Part shown: positions 1 through 13,040 of the stretch, piece by piece
Layout: each line of letters begins with the position of its first letter
Position numbering within the stretch: position 1 is the stretch's first letter
Source: Phoronis australis
Taxonomy: Eukaryota; Animalia; Phoronida
Length of the DNA stretch: 64,000 nucleotides
NCBI GenBank assembly: GCA_002633005.1
Contig: NMRA01000181.1
Location: 568,959-632,958, forward strand
Direction of reading: 5' to 3'
Position numbers and translations under genes: made by a program
The notes under the pieces: generated by a model
What the model saw: the letters and a program-made list of their open reading frames with translations, nothing else
Database searches by the model: none
What the model was told of the DNA's origin: nothing

Positions 1-98
1 GTACGTTCTCTGTCCACGAGGCCAGCCAAGAGACAGTGTTGTCATGTTGCACCTTCTTCCACTTGTGACCCTCGGGAGGGGTTGGCACTTTGGCATCC
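1..98 (-). CDS. TOP1: TOP1 exon 10, partial ([32 protein letters not shown])
   Basis: Conserved peptide; caccag acceptor; truncated by the window edge. Confidence 0.96.
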
Positions 99-3000
99 CT
101 GGTGAGACAGTAATTATAAACATACACACGCACGCGCGCACATTTATTATATAGGCCACACGCCTTTTGAAACCATAAATTCACCATTTTACCACGACAC
201 CCATGGTCAGTACATACAAACACGTGCTACAGAGATAACAAAGCAATTGTACAACTAAGCTTCTTGTAACATACGTTTTCCTACTTTCAGTACCAACAAA
301 TGTATTTTGCCACCTGATTTAAGTTGGAGACAACACGCCAACCACGGTTGCACATTATAACGCCGTCAGGAATTTATGCACTCATAATTACATAATACTA
401 CAAAAAAATAACAATGGCATGTCAATGTTGCTTTATTATTCAGGAATCAGTAACTGCAGTGTACTTGCACATACTTGCTACAGTTGATAATGACATCCTC
501 GGGGTTAACTCTCCTCTTCAACTGTCCCATCTTGGGGTGGTCGCCACGGCCACGGAACAGACCTGGCGGCTCTATCCTGAAGTTGCCAATCTTTTCCTTG
601 TGTCCATCAATGGAGCAGAAGCCGTACTCGGCGATCAACTCTTCATTCTTTTCCTTGATGGCCTATGGTAATGACCAGTTAGTCACTATTTAGCCAAAAT
701 AGACAACAGTGCTTGACTCACCTCACAATTTCATTAAAAACAACATATTATATTTGTTACTGTTCTACTGTGCCCCACGACAGGGACCCTTAAAACTGTA
801 CTTCCATTCTGTGACACAACTGCCATTTCGCACGAGTACTAGTGCAGAGACTCTGGAGGCCAAGTGTCGAGATCTAGCGAACCCAGCGGATCACCAGTGT
901 ACCACGTTAGCAATTGGCTTGCACTCCCAAGGTTATAGAGTTCCACATCGATATGATTAAAAAATTTACAAGCGATAGACATGTGCAGTGATGCAATCAC
1001 AACAAACACAGATAGTCCATGATTTAGTTTACGAATAAAGTGACATCTCGGAAAGAAACCTCGATTCAAACAGTACTTGTTAGAATTGAAGTATTTACGA
1101 CATCAATGGCCTAACTCTATGTTCAAATAGTACTTTTTACAATGTGACTAATATTGTTTAGCCAGGGTGAACATAATTTGAAGAAAGGCATACACGGCAG
1201 AGTAGGATATGCCGCCGCCGCCCACACACAGAGGAGGGCCTGTCATGTATCGCATTGTACCATGTACCTTCTTTTCCTCCTTGGACATGGCTTTGCGTTT
1301 TTCTGACTGTGCTTGGAAATAGGCATGCATGTCCCTGAAGTCACACTTGGACAGATCTGTAATTCTTTTACGCTCCTCCTCCGTCATCACCTAAACAACG
1401 AGAACAGAAAAAGACGATTTTCGAAATTCACTACCACACCAGATGGCAAACAGGTCCTTGGTGGGCAGGTTTCAGCGCCACCTACGGTCGGATCCCACAT
1501 AAAGCACACCGGAAGTTTCGACAGCGCTTTAACACATTTCCAGCTATCACAATGACGGCAAGTTTCCACTCTCGTGTGGTGAGGTGTACTAATGGCTAAC
1601 ACAGAAAAAGGCAAACCTCTTGAAATATCCATGGATGAAGGACAGCACGGCCCACACTTTTCCCACTGCGAAGAATAATCGGCAGCTGCCAGTCAGTCAT
1701 GGCGAGAGATAAAGCAGGAGAATTTCGATCCCAACGAGATGTTAAAAGCTATGGTAAACTAGTGAACTTAACCTAATCAAACAATGTGAGGGGCTTAGTG
1801 GGATTTATTCCCATTTTTAAATTTAGCAACCACTGTGTAGTAATTGAATTTCTGTCCACCAAATCTGAGATCAATCGGGATCAAGCGGAAGTCAGTCTCA
1901 CAATCTCATTACCCTAGTGGGCGCCAAGATGAGAAGTCCGCTATTGTAGCAAAACTTTGAAATCACCCGAGTTTGCACTAAACTATGGCAATACAATTTG
2001 TAAATCACAGGCTTGGATAAAAAGTAACTTTTCAGAATGAATAAAAATTGTGCTTCAAGTTACGCATCTTTAAAAAGCTATCGCCAGCAAAAATTATATC
2101 GAGGAATGAAGACTAACCATAAAATACAAATTCAGGAATGCAAGAATTTTAAGTATTTTGGTGTAAGTAGCCGGTACCTGTGTGATGTTTCCTATTTTTT
2201 TAATCAGTTGGGTACAACTTCTCAACAAAATTTAGAGCCACCAACAGGACAAATAATCGACTACAGCCGGCCAATTCCCAGCCTTTGCTACTGTTGTCCA
2301 CCCTCCCACTTTCCAGACACTAACAGCCTCTACAGCCATAAATTGGCCAGTGCGTCTTATGCTACCAGGACTTGCACTCACCTGAGGGGGAAAGGTGCTT
2401 GTTGCCTACTGACAGGAGGAATTTTTTTAATAAGGGGGAAATCTCCCCCCCCCCATCCCCCTGGTCACAGAATCTCTAGTCAACACTCATCATGTCGCAG
2501 CACTAACTACTGTAGCTACTGGGTTAGCATAGCCTTCTGATGTTGACATCCTGCGTGACCTGAAGTCATTCTAACCTCAAGGAGGATTTTTTTATCATTT
2601 GAAGAGAATCTTTGGACCTGGCAATGAGAATTTAGCGTGATACTTAAACGCTCTTCAGAGGAGAATGTGGTCGATAATTGGCCCCAATTATGAGGCATAG
2701 GGGCACTGACTTCCCTAACCGAACAATGCTACATACAATTGAGCCTTACCTTCCTCCAGTCCTTGAAGAAGTTCTTGTTAAACACATCTTTGGTGGTGTA
2801 ATCGTGTTCAATCATCTTTGAGTAGAATCCAGCCACTTCCTCAGCATCCTGACTCAGACTCATTTTCTCCCCTGAATAACAGGACAAAACGCAACATTGA
2901 TCATCATTATCTCCCCTGAATAACAGGACAGAACGCATCATTTATCAGAGGAGATGTATGACGACCAACTTACGAATCGGCAGCACATGTTAACAGCTAT

Positions 3001-3871
3001 TTGTTGTAAAAATGAATACATGTATTCCAATGTCGCACTTCTTAGTGACCATTGATCAAATTAATATCTTTAAAAATTCAATCTGGACAACAAAACAAGA
3101 GCAACGCAGAGCATTGATATGTGCCCACTGTGTGGTTTACACATAGCGCAATGAATAGGAATGATTACTAGTTCATACATTCCCACTAAAGGCAGCAATA
3201 CCAGTAACCTTAAATAACCTCTAGGGGGCGCAGAGCAAGTCAGCCTCTTTTAATCGCAACATATCTGACAAATTGCATAAAAATACGTCAAGGAACTCCT
3301 AAGATACTATGGAAAACGGACGAAATGAATTGTCACTGGGGGTCACAGCGGTAGTCGGATCATTCCAAAAGTAGTTATCATTTGTTGTCACCTTTCTACA
3401 AGTACACTTGCCAAATTTAACAAAGATCCTGCCGAGGGTTTAGGAGATATAGCCACAGACGAAAAACACCACTAGGTGGCGTCACATATACATATGTGGG
3501 TGCATAAAAATGAAAACACAAACTGCGATTCTCACACACACAATACAAATAGCATATCCAACATTTGATTTAGTGCAAAGGTTTTTGCAAACTGAGAATA
3601 CAATGCTGCCTTTCCTACAGTTTTCATGCCAGTTGCTCTTTCTTGCAGTGGAAGACCCGTGGCTGTTTCATAGCAAACCTTAATTGGATATTTACAGATT
3701 TGATGAGATACAGCTTAACTAGTCAAAGGACTGCCAGTTATTTACTTATCAGCTGCCCTTGCCACAGTCATTCCACACTGTCAGACTCCATGCAGGTCAC
3801 CTCACACATTGGATTTACAGGAGAAAGCTAATCATTTTGACTTTGGCAGGAAGACAAACATTCCTAGTCAT

Positions 3872-3902
<31 letters not shown>

Positions 3903-6900
3903 ACACACGCACGCACGCGCGCACACGCGCACACACGCGCACACACACGCACACACACACACACTCCACTCTACAAGATTTCGAACCAAATCCAGTGCTT
4001 GTGTTACATACCATCGTATTTCATTTTGACATCTTTGGGAAGTCTTTCATAAGGCGGTGCAAACACTGGACCTTTGTGTTCCAGAAACCGCCATTTGGTG
4101 CCGTCCTCCAGTTTTTCTTCCTCCCACCTAGACACAAACAAAAGTTTTGTTAATTTAAATCTAATACCAAGTGCTACACTCGCACAATAGAGCGTAACAG
4201 GACAGTTCTCAGTGTTTACATAGCAACCATGTGGATATTGCAACTAAAGTGTAAAGTTCAGGGTTTGAATTTAATCCCACTAAAACGACATTGAAGTATC
4301 CGTGGCCTTACCAAAACTGCATGCAGCACTCGCACACGAATCAAAAACTAATATCACCAATGCCTCTTTTACTTGTAGCACAGTTGTTCCATTACAAAAA
4401 AAAACTGTGGTTTCCTGTTTTCGTAAGTTTATGATACAACTCTATAACTGGTCCTTTATTTGCCATGTTCTGAAAACTCACACTCGTTCAACCATTGCTG
4501 TTGCTATGATTACTCACCATTTCCACACCTCATGAACAGGCTCTTCCTTCTTCGTCCTTTTAGTTGGTGAGCCACTCGCCGATTTCTTGTCTTTTTTCTT
4601 CTTCAATGATGATGAATCATCCTTCTTTTTCTTACTGACCTTTTAGCAAAAATAATGAGGGTCAATATAATTATTTTTAAGTTTATTTAGGACCCTCAAA
4701 ACAGGTCTAAATTTGGCAAATTTCAGAAAATCATAAGGCTGATTGGATTCACGACACTAATAGAAGTACATTTTTAGAATCCTCGATCTTTCTCCTTTCA
4801 ACAAATATCTACTTTTTAATGGTTGACAAAAGCTTTTTTGATATTTGAGGTCGGTCGTTTATTAAGATCCTAGATTACCTGTAAGTCGCAAGAAGTGAGT
4901 AATTTACTACACAGAAGCCATTCCTAAGACTTAAAGATGGATGGCAGAGAATATCAATGGAAGTGGTTTCTTGCCATGCTACTTTTCATGTGAATGAAAA
5001 TGAAAATGAAATACGGCACATAACCAGACACCTACTGCTGCGGTTTGAGTTCAGTGATCCTAATTTATGAAGCGAATTGATTTTTGAACTGTTATTCAAA
5101 TATCCTTTCTTTCTCCCATTTCAATAATACACTCCTCATCTGGACTAAATTGCACATTAGTTACAAACAAATGGGTCGACCAAGTTACACTACTACATGT
5201 CAAATGCATTAATACACGCTTCACACATAGTACACGGGTCAATCAATTCTGGGCTTTAGACTTATTTCCGTCTCAGTAAGAATGTCTGTGCGATTCGTAA
5301 AGGATGGCCTTGTAGCAAACAGAAGTTGTTAAAATTGTACCCGATACGCGTCAACTGAAATGCAAGCGGCTTCGTGATTTTTCAAACCTCCCGTTGCCGA
5401 GATGTTACCTTGAAGTCTTCATCCTCGTGCTTCCTCTTCTTCCCCTTGACGTCTTTATTCTTCTTCACTGGCTTGTAATCATCATCACTGTCTTCTTCTG
5501 TCTCCGTCTTGACTTTTTTCATCGGTGACATGGCAACGTCGTCTTCACCATCCGACACGTTGCGCTTGGCAACCTGCAAGTGTTAGTAGCAATTACGAAC
5601 GTAAATAGTGCGATCTTAACCTTTGACATGGAAACTGCAACTGCGAGTATTTTATGCTCGAAGACAATACGTCAAAGGTTTGGAGGCTATCCAATGGGCG
5701 TAACTGTGTAATCTGTTGAGGTTGTATCAATTTACTTGAGAACAGCTGGCTAAATAAAGTAACGCAAACTGTGGCAAAACAAACAGAAATTAACTTTGAA
5801 GATGACAAAAACAACATTTAACTGCAATTCTGACAAATGATCAACAGTTTAATTGAGAGACATGCTATCAATTCTTAGCATGTTAAATAGCTGTATCTAT
5901 AAGTGAGCATTACTGTTTAATGGTTACTGGCAGTTGAAATGTCATGCTCAGGTCTGTGTCGCTAATGAATTATCCATTCAATGTTATATTTTCTAATTTT
6001 ACGCAGCTTGAACTGCAAGTATGGTAACAGGATGACGACGATATCGTTACACCAAAACACAGTAAATGGAGTTCACAACAACTTTAAACAGGTAGAAGAG
6101 ATACCATATAGATTAGAATTCAAATTACTTGAAAACACTAAGGGACAAAACCATTTAGACACAACTTATGAAGGATTTGGACCAAGACTAAGGTCGCGAT
6201 GCAAGAGAACAAGAGATAGCTATTTAACAAAAGCAAATAACTGACTAAAATCAATATGAGAGTGCATTTTGAAAAAAAAATTACATTTAAAGGTAGGTCG
6301 TCCTCAGCGTCACTATCTGGCTCCGCCTTGACAGCTGACAAACTTTCAGTTTTCACGGAGATTGTCTCAGACACGACAGTGGACACCGGCCGATTCTTGT
6401 CCCTGTGTTTGTGATCCTTGTGCCTGTGATGACTAGAACTGGACTTGCTGCTAGAGTGGTCCTTGTGACTCGACGACTGCTTCGATGAACTCTTACTGCT
6501 GCTACCCTCTTTGGACTTACTGCTTGAACCGTCCCTGTGCTTGTCCAATGAGCTCTTAGATGATGAGCTGTGATGGGACGAGCCGTCCTTATGTTTAGAC
6601 GACGACCCGTCCTTGTGCTTCGATGACGATGAACTATCTTTATGCTTGCTTGATCCGTCCTTGTGTTTTGATGAAGAGGAACCATCCTTGTGTTTGGACG
6701 GCGACGAGTGGCCAGTCTTGAATTTACTTGGGGATGACAGGGACTTACTGTCTCCAGAGGCAACGTGGTTTACGTGATTCGATCCATTGGCGGCGATGGC
6801 AGCCTTTAAATTGCCAACGTCTACAAAAAAGAAGCAATGGATGTGACAATGTTGCACCTCTGACAATCTGAACCACAAAATGAAGCGAAACCTGTCAGAA

Positions 6901-9900
6901 ATTATCCCAGATGGGGCAAATATACCCTTGCAGACAAGACACAGCTATTTCAGATTTTCAAAAAAATTTGTGACTTGGTCATGAAGAAATGAAAGCAACT
7001 CCATAAGCAGTAAGAATACCTCAAAAGTCACGTTATGTAGCCTGTAATGGTAATTCAAGTGTTCACAACAGCCAGCAACCGGCTTTCACTAGCTTCGAAC
7101 ACTGAATTTTGGAGAAAACCCACATTGTGCAACAGATTTGGGTTAATGAGAACGACTTCGAACTGTCGTGTGTGATGTCTTACATTGTCAATTATCCAGT
7201 TGAGTTGCTTCATTAAGTGCACAGCAGGCTTGGAATATTGTGTTTGAGATGTATATTAAAATTACAATTGAAAGCACTCTTCCACTTAAGACAGAGAAAC
7301 TAGTCAGGGAAAGCTACAGTAAAATTTCTTCAAATCGCAACGCAACACAGCGGAACAGTGTAATTTCATTTTAACAAAATTTTCAACATGAGTAAACATG
7401 CAGACAATTTCATTTCACTATTTGAAAACTTTATATTGTACAGCTGTCATCAGCAAACTAATGATGAAATTTTGAACTTTTTGGTGATAAAAGTGAGCCT
7501 TTGAACAAGAGTAACGCAGAGCGTTGAAATGCACCCACGACTGCACCACCAAACATGGTGCTTCTAGGGTTGTTAACAGTTTTGGCCATTATATTTGTTC
7601 GAATTAGAGGAAGCTTTACTGTAAACATTTGAATGACATTTGTTCTCCCGAGACAAATTCACAGTTTAATTAAACAGTCGCTAACCGTCCTGATGACCAA
7701 ACATTTCCATTTGTCACCATCCGTTTTCCTGACACAAAAACTAACAGTTTAGGGCTGTTTACAATACCACTGTGACAAACTCAAGCCCAGTCATTACATG
7801 AAGACATACCTACGGCTATATACAACACTATTGTGATTACATGAAGATATACCTACGGCTATATACATAACAGGAATATGGAAACACTTCTTTTCGTAAC
7901 AGATTGAAGCATACACAGCTCCTCCTTATTATAGACTTGTACAGACAGAAAACATTTGTAACCAGGTCTAGAAAGTAAAAAATACAGATTAATGTTTGCC
8001 TGCACCTCAAATCAAATTTACATTAACCTAGAGGTGAAAAACATAAAAAGACCCATTCACACCAGTCTCTTTCACAGAGTTTTTTTCTGCAAATCTTTCA
8101 TTGAAGTGAACAAAGCTAATATTTCATTTATGCGATAACCTTTCACGATTCCTGAAAAAAACTCGTACGAATGGGCCTAATATAGAAAGCCTCAAGACAC
8201 AGTAGCAAAACTCGTTTTCTCTTTGGTTCTGTTCTCTCAGCATTTCTCTAGCAACGATGTTGGATATTCAGAAATAACAAAATGGCATCTCACAGCGATA
8301 AAATATGTGTATATGCCTGGAGAGAGATTGTATTTGTACACAAACTCCCATGGGATACCAGAACAGTTGAGGTGGCCCCAGGAAATTGGATTTTTTCTAC
8401 TATAAATAAGCAAGATTTCGATTTTGAAGTTAACTACAATTGAAGATATTGCTACACCTTTATTCAATATCACAAAAACAAAATAATTTTAAAATAAGGT
8501 CCTACACGACTTAAAGCAGTCCAAATTAATGATTTGTGCAATTCAGGAAACTATAACACACAAATTGTAACCAACACAGCTCAAAATGAGTAGATACCAT
8601 AGAAACATTTTTGAATTAATGCAAACGTAGATCAAGCAAGTTGCCCATCTTTATGACAACACCATACAAAAAAAATATCAAATACAACCAAACATTCCTC
8701 AAACGAAAAAAAATTACCAATTTGTCATTTCATTATTTTGAATCTTTGACTAGACGCTTAAACAAAACATGACTAAGGAAACAACATACATCATGACATG
8801 GATAACTTTGAAAAAATTCTATGCAAAACACAATGACTTAGCTTCTCTAATACAAGAGCAATCATACCATGTGATTACAGCAAAACCTCACAAAAAATGG
8901 CAAACAAGTGAAATTGTATAAGTTAAGTTTTTTCATAGGAAGATACGATATACCAAATAACCGCTGTGTCATTTTTAAAGATATAAAGCGTACCTACTGT
9001 CTGACAATGACTCTGAGAAATAACAGGCATTGACAGCAACGCTAGAAGTTTTTGAGAAATAAAAATGATAAAATTTTGGCAATTATTTTTGTCCAAACAA
9101 GGTGAGATTTTACTGCATCCTCAATAACTGAAAAATTGATCTTATGGAATGGAAAACAAACTGAACGGTGATATTGATATGAATGTTTCTTTTACTATTT
9201 TGATCGCTACTTTAACCAGTAATTCAGCACACTAATTACAACCACAATTTTAATAATAATCATAATTTCAGTAACTGCTGAGAATAGTGAACTTTACTTG
9301 ACAAAATCATCACTGCTCAGACCAATGCCTAGTTCACAAATCACCCCCAAGAATGCCGAAGTGTTTCAGTGTGGTAGTCATGAAAACAGGAGTTAAAACT
9401 CCAAGTAACTACTAGTACTGCACAACAGCGATCAAAACTGTTACCGTACAAAAGCTTATGCAGGACCCTAGAAAAATGTTCAAATCTGGCGAACTTTGGA
9501 CCATTACGCCTCAATAATGGCAGACTGAATTCAAATGAAACTTTCAGATTCGTGGTATTCTTTAAGCACTGCTCTACAAAATGTTGTTAGGAATTGTATT
9601 TGAAACACTTGAACGAAAAGACAATTAAGTAAACCGCAACAGCATTTTTGAGATTTCATTCAAGTACCAAATATCAAATGGAATTTGGTGAAGTTATTAA
9701 CTGAACCCATTGTTTTGCTGTGAATGTGCCTTTCTTTTTTCCTAAATTTTCCAAAAGTCACCGGTGCGTGACCCAACCAATGACAGATTGGTGTAAAGTC
9801 AAACGTCAAGTTCTACAGGCTTTCTACTTTCAGAAAATATACACATTCACAAAGTTAAAGTTCGTGATAGTTTTGTAGACATTTCGTTGACTTGTGTTGA

Positions 9901-12900
9901 CTTGTCCATAAGGTCCTACATAATCTCATCACCTAGCAACAGCAAGCAAGCTGTGAAGAACAGCTCCATTAGTCTTGTAACATGCTGCAGTATAACACTG
10001 CTAAAAAGTTGCAACCCAATTACCCAAGTAGTCTATGATCAATACTTAAGTGGACAGTTCCTCAATACCTACGTTTGTGTAACTTTAACCTCCTTTTCTT
10101 AAAAGAGGTCAGGCCTCTTTCAAAGATATCTACAACCCCATAAACAAAACATGAAACTTGTCGCACTTCAATGAACATGTCACTATAATGACACAAGGAC
10201 AAAAGCAACGAAACTAGGAAATGAGTTTCTGTGTGTTCACCATCACTCTCAGGTTATGTTAGTAAATTAAGATACAATTAATTTTTTTTCAGTTTTCAAA
10301 CACGACACCGTGGTACAGCAAAATACTATTTTATCAACACTTTCAACAATTTAAGTAAACATGCCCATATCAGCTCTGCCTTTCTAGAACAAAGGCAGAC
10401 TGATAACGCACGCACGCCAACAACAGTGAAATACTATCAGTAACATACCCACAATTTCGTAGAAAAACAAACGAATTACAAAGGGGACAAACATTCAACA
10501 ATATGGCCAGCTATACATTGCAGTAGGGTTAGATCACGTTGGACCACAAGTGCTGCAGAATACTGTAACAACAGAACTGCCTGATGTGATATAGTGCTCA
10601 AAGCTTTGTCGGTGTAACTACAGGTTTCTGATTCGTAATCAAAATCTCCACCCAAACATCATTGACTGGCGCTGGAGACTCCCCACAACACATACCCAAC
10701 TGAGTTTCACCAAAGTCTGTCGAATCAGCAGACACCACTAGACAAGACAATTATTATCTGCTGGGAAGTACAGGTGACTCGATTTCTCTTGAAAGCAAAT
10801 TTCCTTTCTACATTCAATATTAAGTGATGAATATAATTGAAACCATCTAGCAGACAGGTAAACCAGCTGATACCTAAGGAATACAACAGGTTGAAAATCC
10901 AAGTCGTACAACTACAGTAGTTCACAGAATCTACGAATAGACCCTTTGTAAACAGCACCTCAAGACAACCAAACAAAAAAATAGGATGTGCTGCTCATAT
11001 GGGCGACTTCTTCACTACCAGAACTCTAAGAAAGTGTGCCTTTTCTATATAAATTTCCAGCGAAACAGTCCCTTATTGTGTTAGAACTTTACAAAATGTC
11101 CAATTTCTCACAATGGAAGTCTTCAAAAGGGTTTCATATTTTTCTGATGTTTGCGTTAGAAGCATTCAGTTCAAAGGGTTTCGTATTCAATTTTAATTCA
11201 ATAATAAGTACCTTGCAGAGTCCAAACACTCCTACACAATGATTACATTGGGAAAACCTCCACAAAAGTACGATTTTTTCATAGAAAATCTAACGGGATT
11301 GCCACATGGCTGCCAAGTGGAATTTTACTTTCTCGCTTCCTTCTTTAAAGATAAGTAGTACCTAAATTAACGCTTTACTGTGCCCGAGACATTATTTTGA
11401 ACAACAGTGGAGTTTCACAGCTCAATGTTACAACACGGTGAAAATTGAAAAACGGGAAATTTTCGGCAATTTTTTGTAACAAATCAGTGAGACTTTACAG
11501 AACCCCCACAGGGTCCTCAGTCACCTGAGGGGAAAGGTGCCTGTGCCTTCTGAGAGGGAAATCTTCTGGATGACGGCCTCTCCCATTGGTCATCACCATC
11601 TCAAGTAGCCAAAACAAATGTTTTGCATTTGATTCTAATTTCAGGAATTTTTCATCACTGGAACATATTTTTGGGCCCGACGAGGGAAATTTCAAACGAT
11701 TCTACAATATTTTTCACAGCGGAATGGTATCTATATTCGGCCCTCAACACCTTGGTAGAAAGCAGGTAGGTACGTAGCCCAATTACCCAGCGGCTCTCGC
11801 CTTCAAAATATAGTAGAGTATACCGGTGCTAGCAACGAATGGTGAAAATTAAGCAAATTTTTATTTTAATACTACATATAATCTTATGAGCTAGAAACCA
11901 CCTTGTGATATAACACAGAGATGAAAACGGCAAAATTACACTGTAAAGCTCTATTTTCCATAACAAGCCAGTGAACATCGAAACACACCTAAGGAGCACT
12001 CTGACAAAATAAAACACTCTAGTTCACAACAGCCAAGACTATGTTTATCTTGCTTTTAGGCAAAATTAGTGTCAGTGAATCTACCATTGAGGAAAACAGC
12101 TATCTCCAACTTCACAGAAATTTCACTTTTAAATGCCCTGATTTTTCAATTTCCAAACTTAAGTGCTCTGGGCAAGAGGAGAACTGTAAGAAGTTCCATT
12201 ACTCAACCAAAAAAAGTTGTTTCTAACTAAGTTCCTTTCACTCCAATTCTTATTGAGAGTGATCCGAAGATGTATTTTGTACATATTTACAAATAATTCA
12301 CATTTCAAAGTTTTTATTAAGTATGAAAACATCAATTTTACAGAACAACACACTAGTATAAACATCCCAAATAAACCTCACATTTAACAATGGATTATTT
12401 TGGAAGTACGCGGAATTAAAAGCGACAGGTTCATTTTTCTGAATGGAGACTTTGGCATTTTCTAATTTCTCATTTAAAAAATTTGCAAACTAAAAATTTG
12501 GTGAATAAATATTGATTAGCTGACTTATTTTTTTTTCACTTTTAAATGATGGCCCTCCAGCGACATACATCAATTTCGGTGCGAACAACGGCCAACATGA
12601 CGAATGGTAATCAATGAATAATGAATGGTACGAACAATCACAGACACGCAGTGTGAACTGCAGCGAGTTACGTACCGCCTGACCCGGCTTCTGGCGTGGT
12701 CACCTAAAATAAAAGAAAATATGTAACTAATAACTCTGTTGTTACACAAGACAACCCTAAATCACACAAAAATCCAAGATCAACGGAAAAAGATGAACCT
12801 CCACGTTGTACAAGTGTGTATTGTGGAGCAAGAGATAATGGAGACAATTTGGACTTAGAAAATTTTCGGCCATATTGATAGATTTTCGCCACGAGTGGCT

Positions 12901-13040
12901 ATAATAAAGAAGAAATACTCTGATTTTTTACAGACAATCCCAAAAGATGTTCATTTGAAATAAGAGATAATTAGCTAATTGTTGCCATTAGAACTTACGT
13001 CATGTTGTTGTGCAGTAGGATCGCTGTTATCACCGTTCAT
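1..13040 (-). CDS. TOP1: DNA topoisomerase I (type IB), 5' part; spliced join(13040-12999,12703-12676,6820-6285,5573-5409,4639-4518,4127-4012,2871-2750,1390-1268,662-475,98-<1), continues beyond the left edge
   Basis: Hallmark peptides [106 protein letters not shown]. All introns are GT-AG with consistent phases. Core exon sizes 116/122/123/188 nt match my recollection of vertebrate TOP1 exon sizes. Confidence 0.97.
475..662 (-). CDS. TOP1: TOP1 exon 9 (YGFCSIDG...[16 protein letters not shown]...IINCS)
   Basis: Invariant type IB topoisomerase motif. Confidence 0.98.
1268..1390 (-). CDS. TOP1: TOP1 exon 8 ([18 protein letters not shown]...SKEEKK)
   Basis: Conserved core peptide; canonical splice sites. 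Confidence 0.96.
2750..2871 (-). CDS. TOP1: TOP1 exon 7 ([16 protein letters not shown]...FFKDWRK)
   Basis: Conserved core peptide; AAG|GTAAGG donor. Confidence 0.96.
2866..2945. repeat. 44-bp-period tandem duplication spanning the TOP1 exon 7 acceptor
   Basis: ctcccctgaataacaggaca at 2867 and 2911. Confidence 0.9.
3094..3490 (+). repeat. AACAAGAG-start dispersed element (possibly Helentron/HINE-like); 5' end also at 7504
   Basis: aacaagagcaacgcagagcattga vs aacaagagtaacgcagagcgttga; family assignment is inference. Confidence 0.5.
3872..3964. repeat. (CA/CG)n microsatellite
   Basis: Direct reading. Confidence 0.95.
4012..4127 (-). CDS. TOP1: TOP1 exon 6 ([27 protein letters not shown]...KYDG)
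   Basis: Conserved core peptide; canonical splice sites. Confidence 0.97.
4518..4639 (-). CDS. TOP1: TOP1 exon 5 (VSKKKK...[10 protein letters not shown])
   Basis: Open frame ending in conserved WKW; TG|GTGAGT donor. Confidence 0.9.
5409..5573 (-). CDS. TOP1: TOP1 exon 4, acidic/basic region with NLS-like KKRKH
   Basis: cttgcag acceptor, AAG|GTAACA donor; ORF 5382-5579. Confidence 0.88.
6285..6820 (-). CDS. TOP1: TOP1 exon 3, Ser/His/Lys-rich disordered N-terminal domain with SSSKHKDG-like repeats
   Basis: ORF 6138-6878; ttttttgtag acceptor, AAT|GTAATT donor; KHKD repeats are typical of the metazoan TOP1 N-terminus. Confidence 0.9.
7792..7868. repeat. Two-copy ~44-bp tandem repeat
   Basis: attacatgaagaYatacctacggctatataca twice. 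Confidence 0.85.
9466..9885 (+). repeat. Dispersed ~400-bp element (CCCTAGAAAAATGTTCAAA...), probably a non-autonomous DNA transposon; second copy 60426-60845
   Basis: Colinear similarity along the whole length. Confidence 0.75.
12676..12703 (-). CDS. TOP1: TOP1 exon 2, 28 nt (VTTPEAGSG)
   Basis: ttttcttttattttag acceptor, G|GTACGT donor; phase 0 to 1 links exon 1 to exon 3. Confidence 0.7.
12999..13040 (-). CDS. TOP1: TOP1 exon 1 ([14 protein letters not shown])
   Basis: AAAA-ATG start; resembles vertebrate MSGD start; GAC|GTAAGT donor, phase 0. Confidence 0.75.

Noticed and set aside
475-662. Possible camptothecin-resistance substitutions in TOP1
   Set aside because: The GLFRGRG..HPKM motif is intact; other resistance sites lie outside the window
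3759-4153. His/Thr/Arg-rich ORFs
   Set aside because: Translation of the (CA/CG)n microsatellite plus antisense of a TOP1 exon
7792-7868. Direct repeats with short separation, considered as CRISPR-like
   Set aside because: Only two adjacent units, no unique spacers or cas genes; ordinary tandem duplication
11480-11600. GTGATGA...CTGA on the TOP1 sense strand, like a C/D snoRNA
   Set aside because: No terminal stem or recognisable rRNA guide; the related copy at 2366 lacks the boxes and the sequence looks like a TE end
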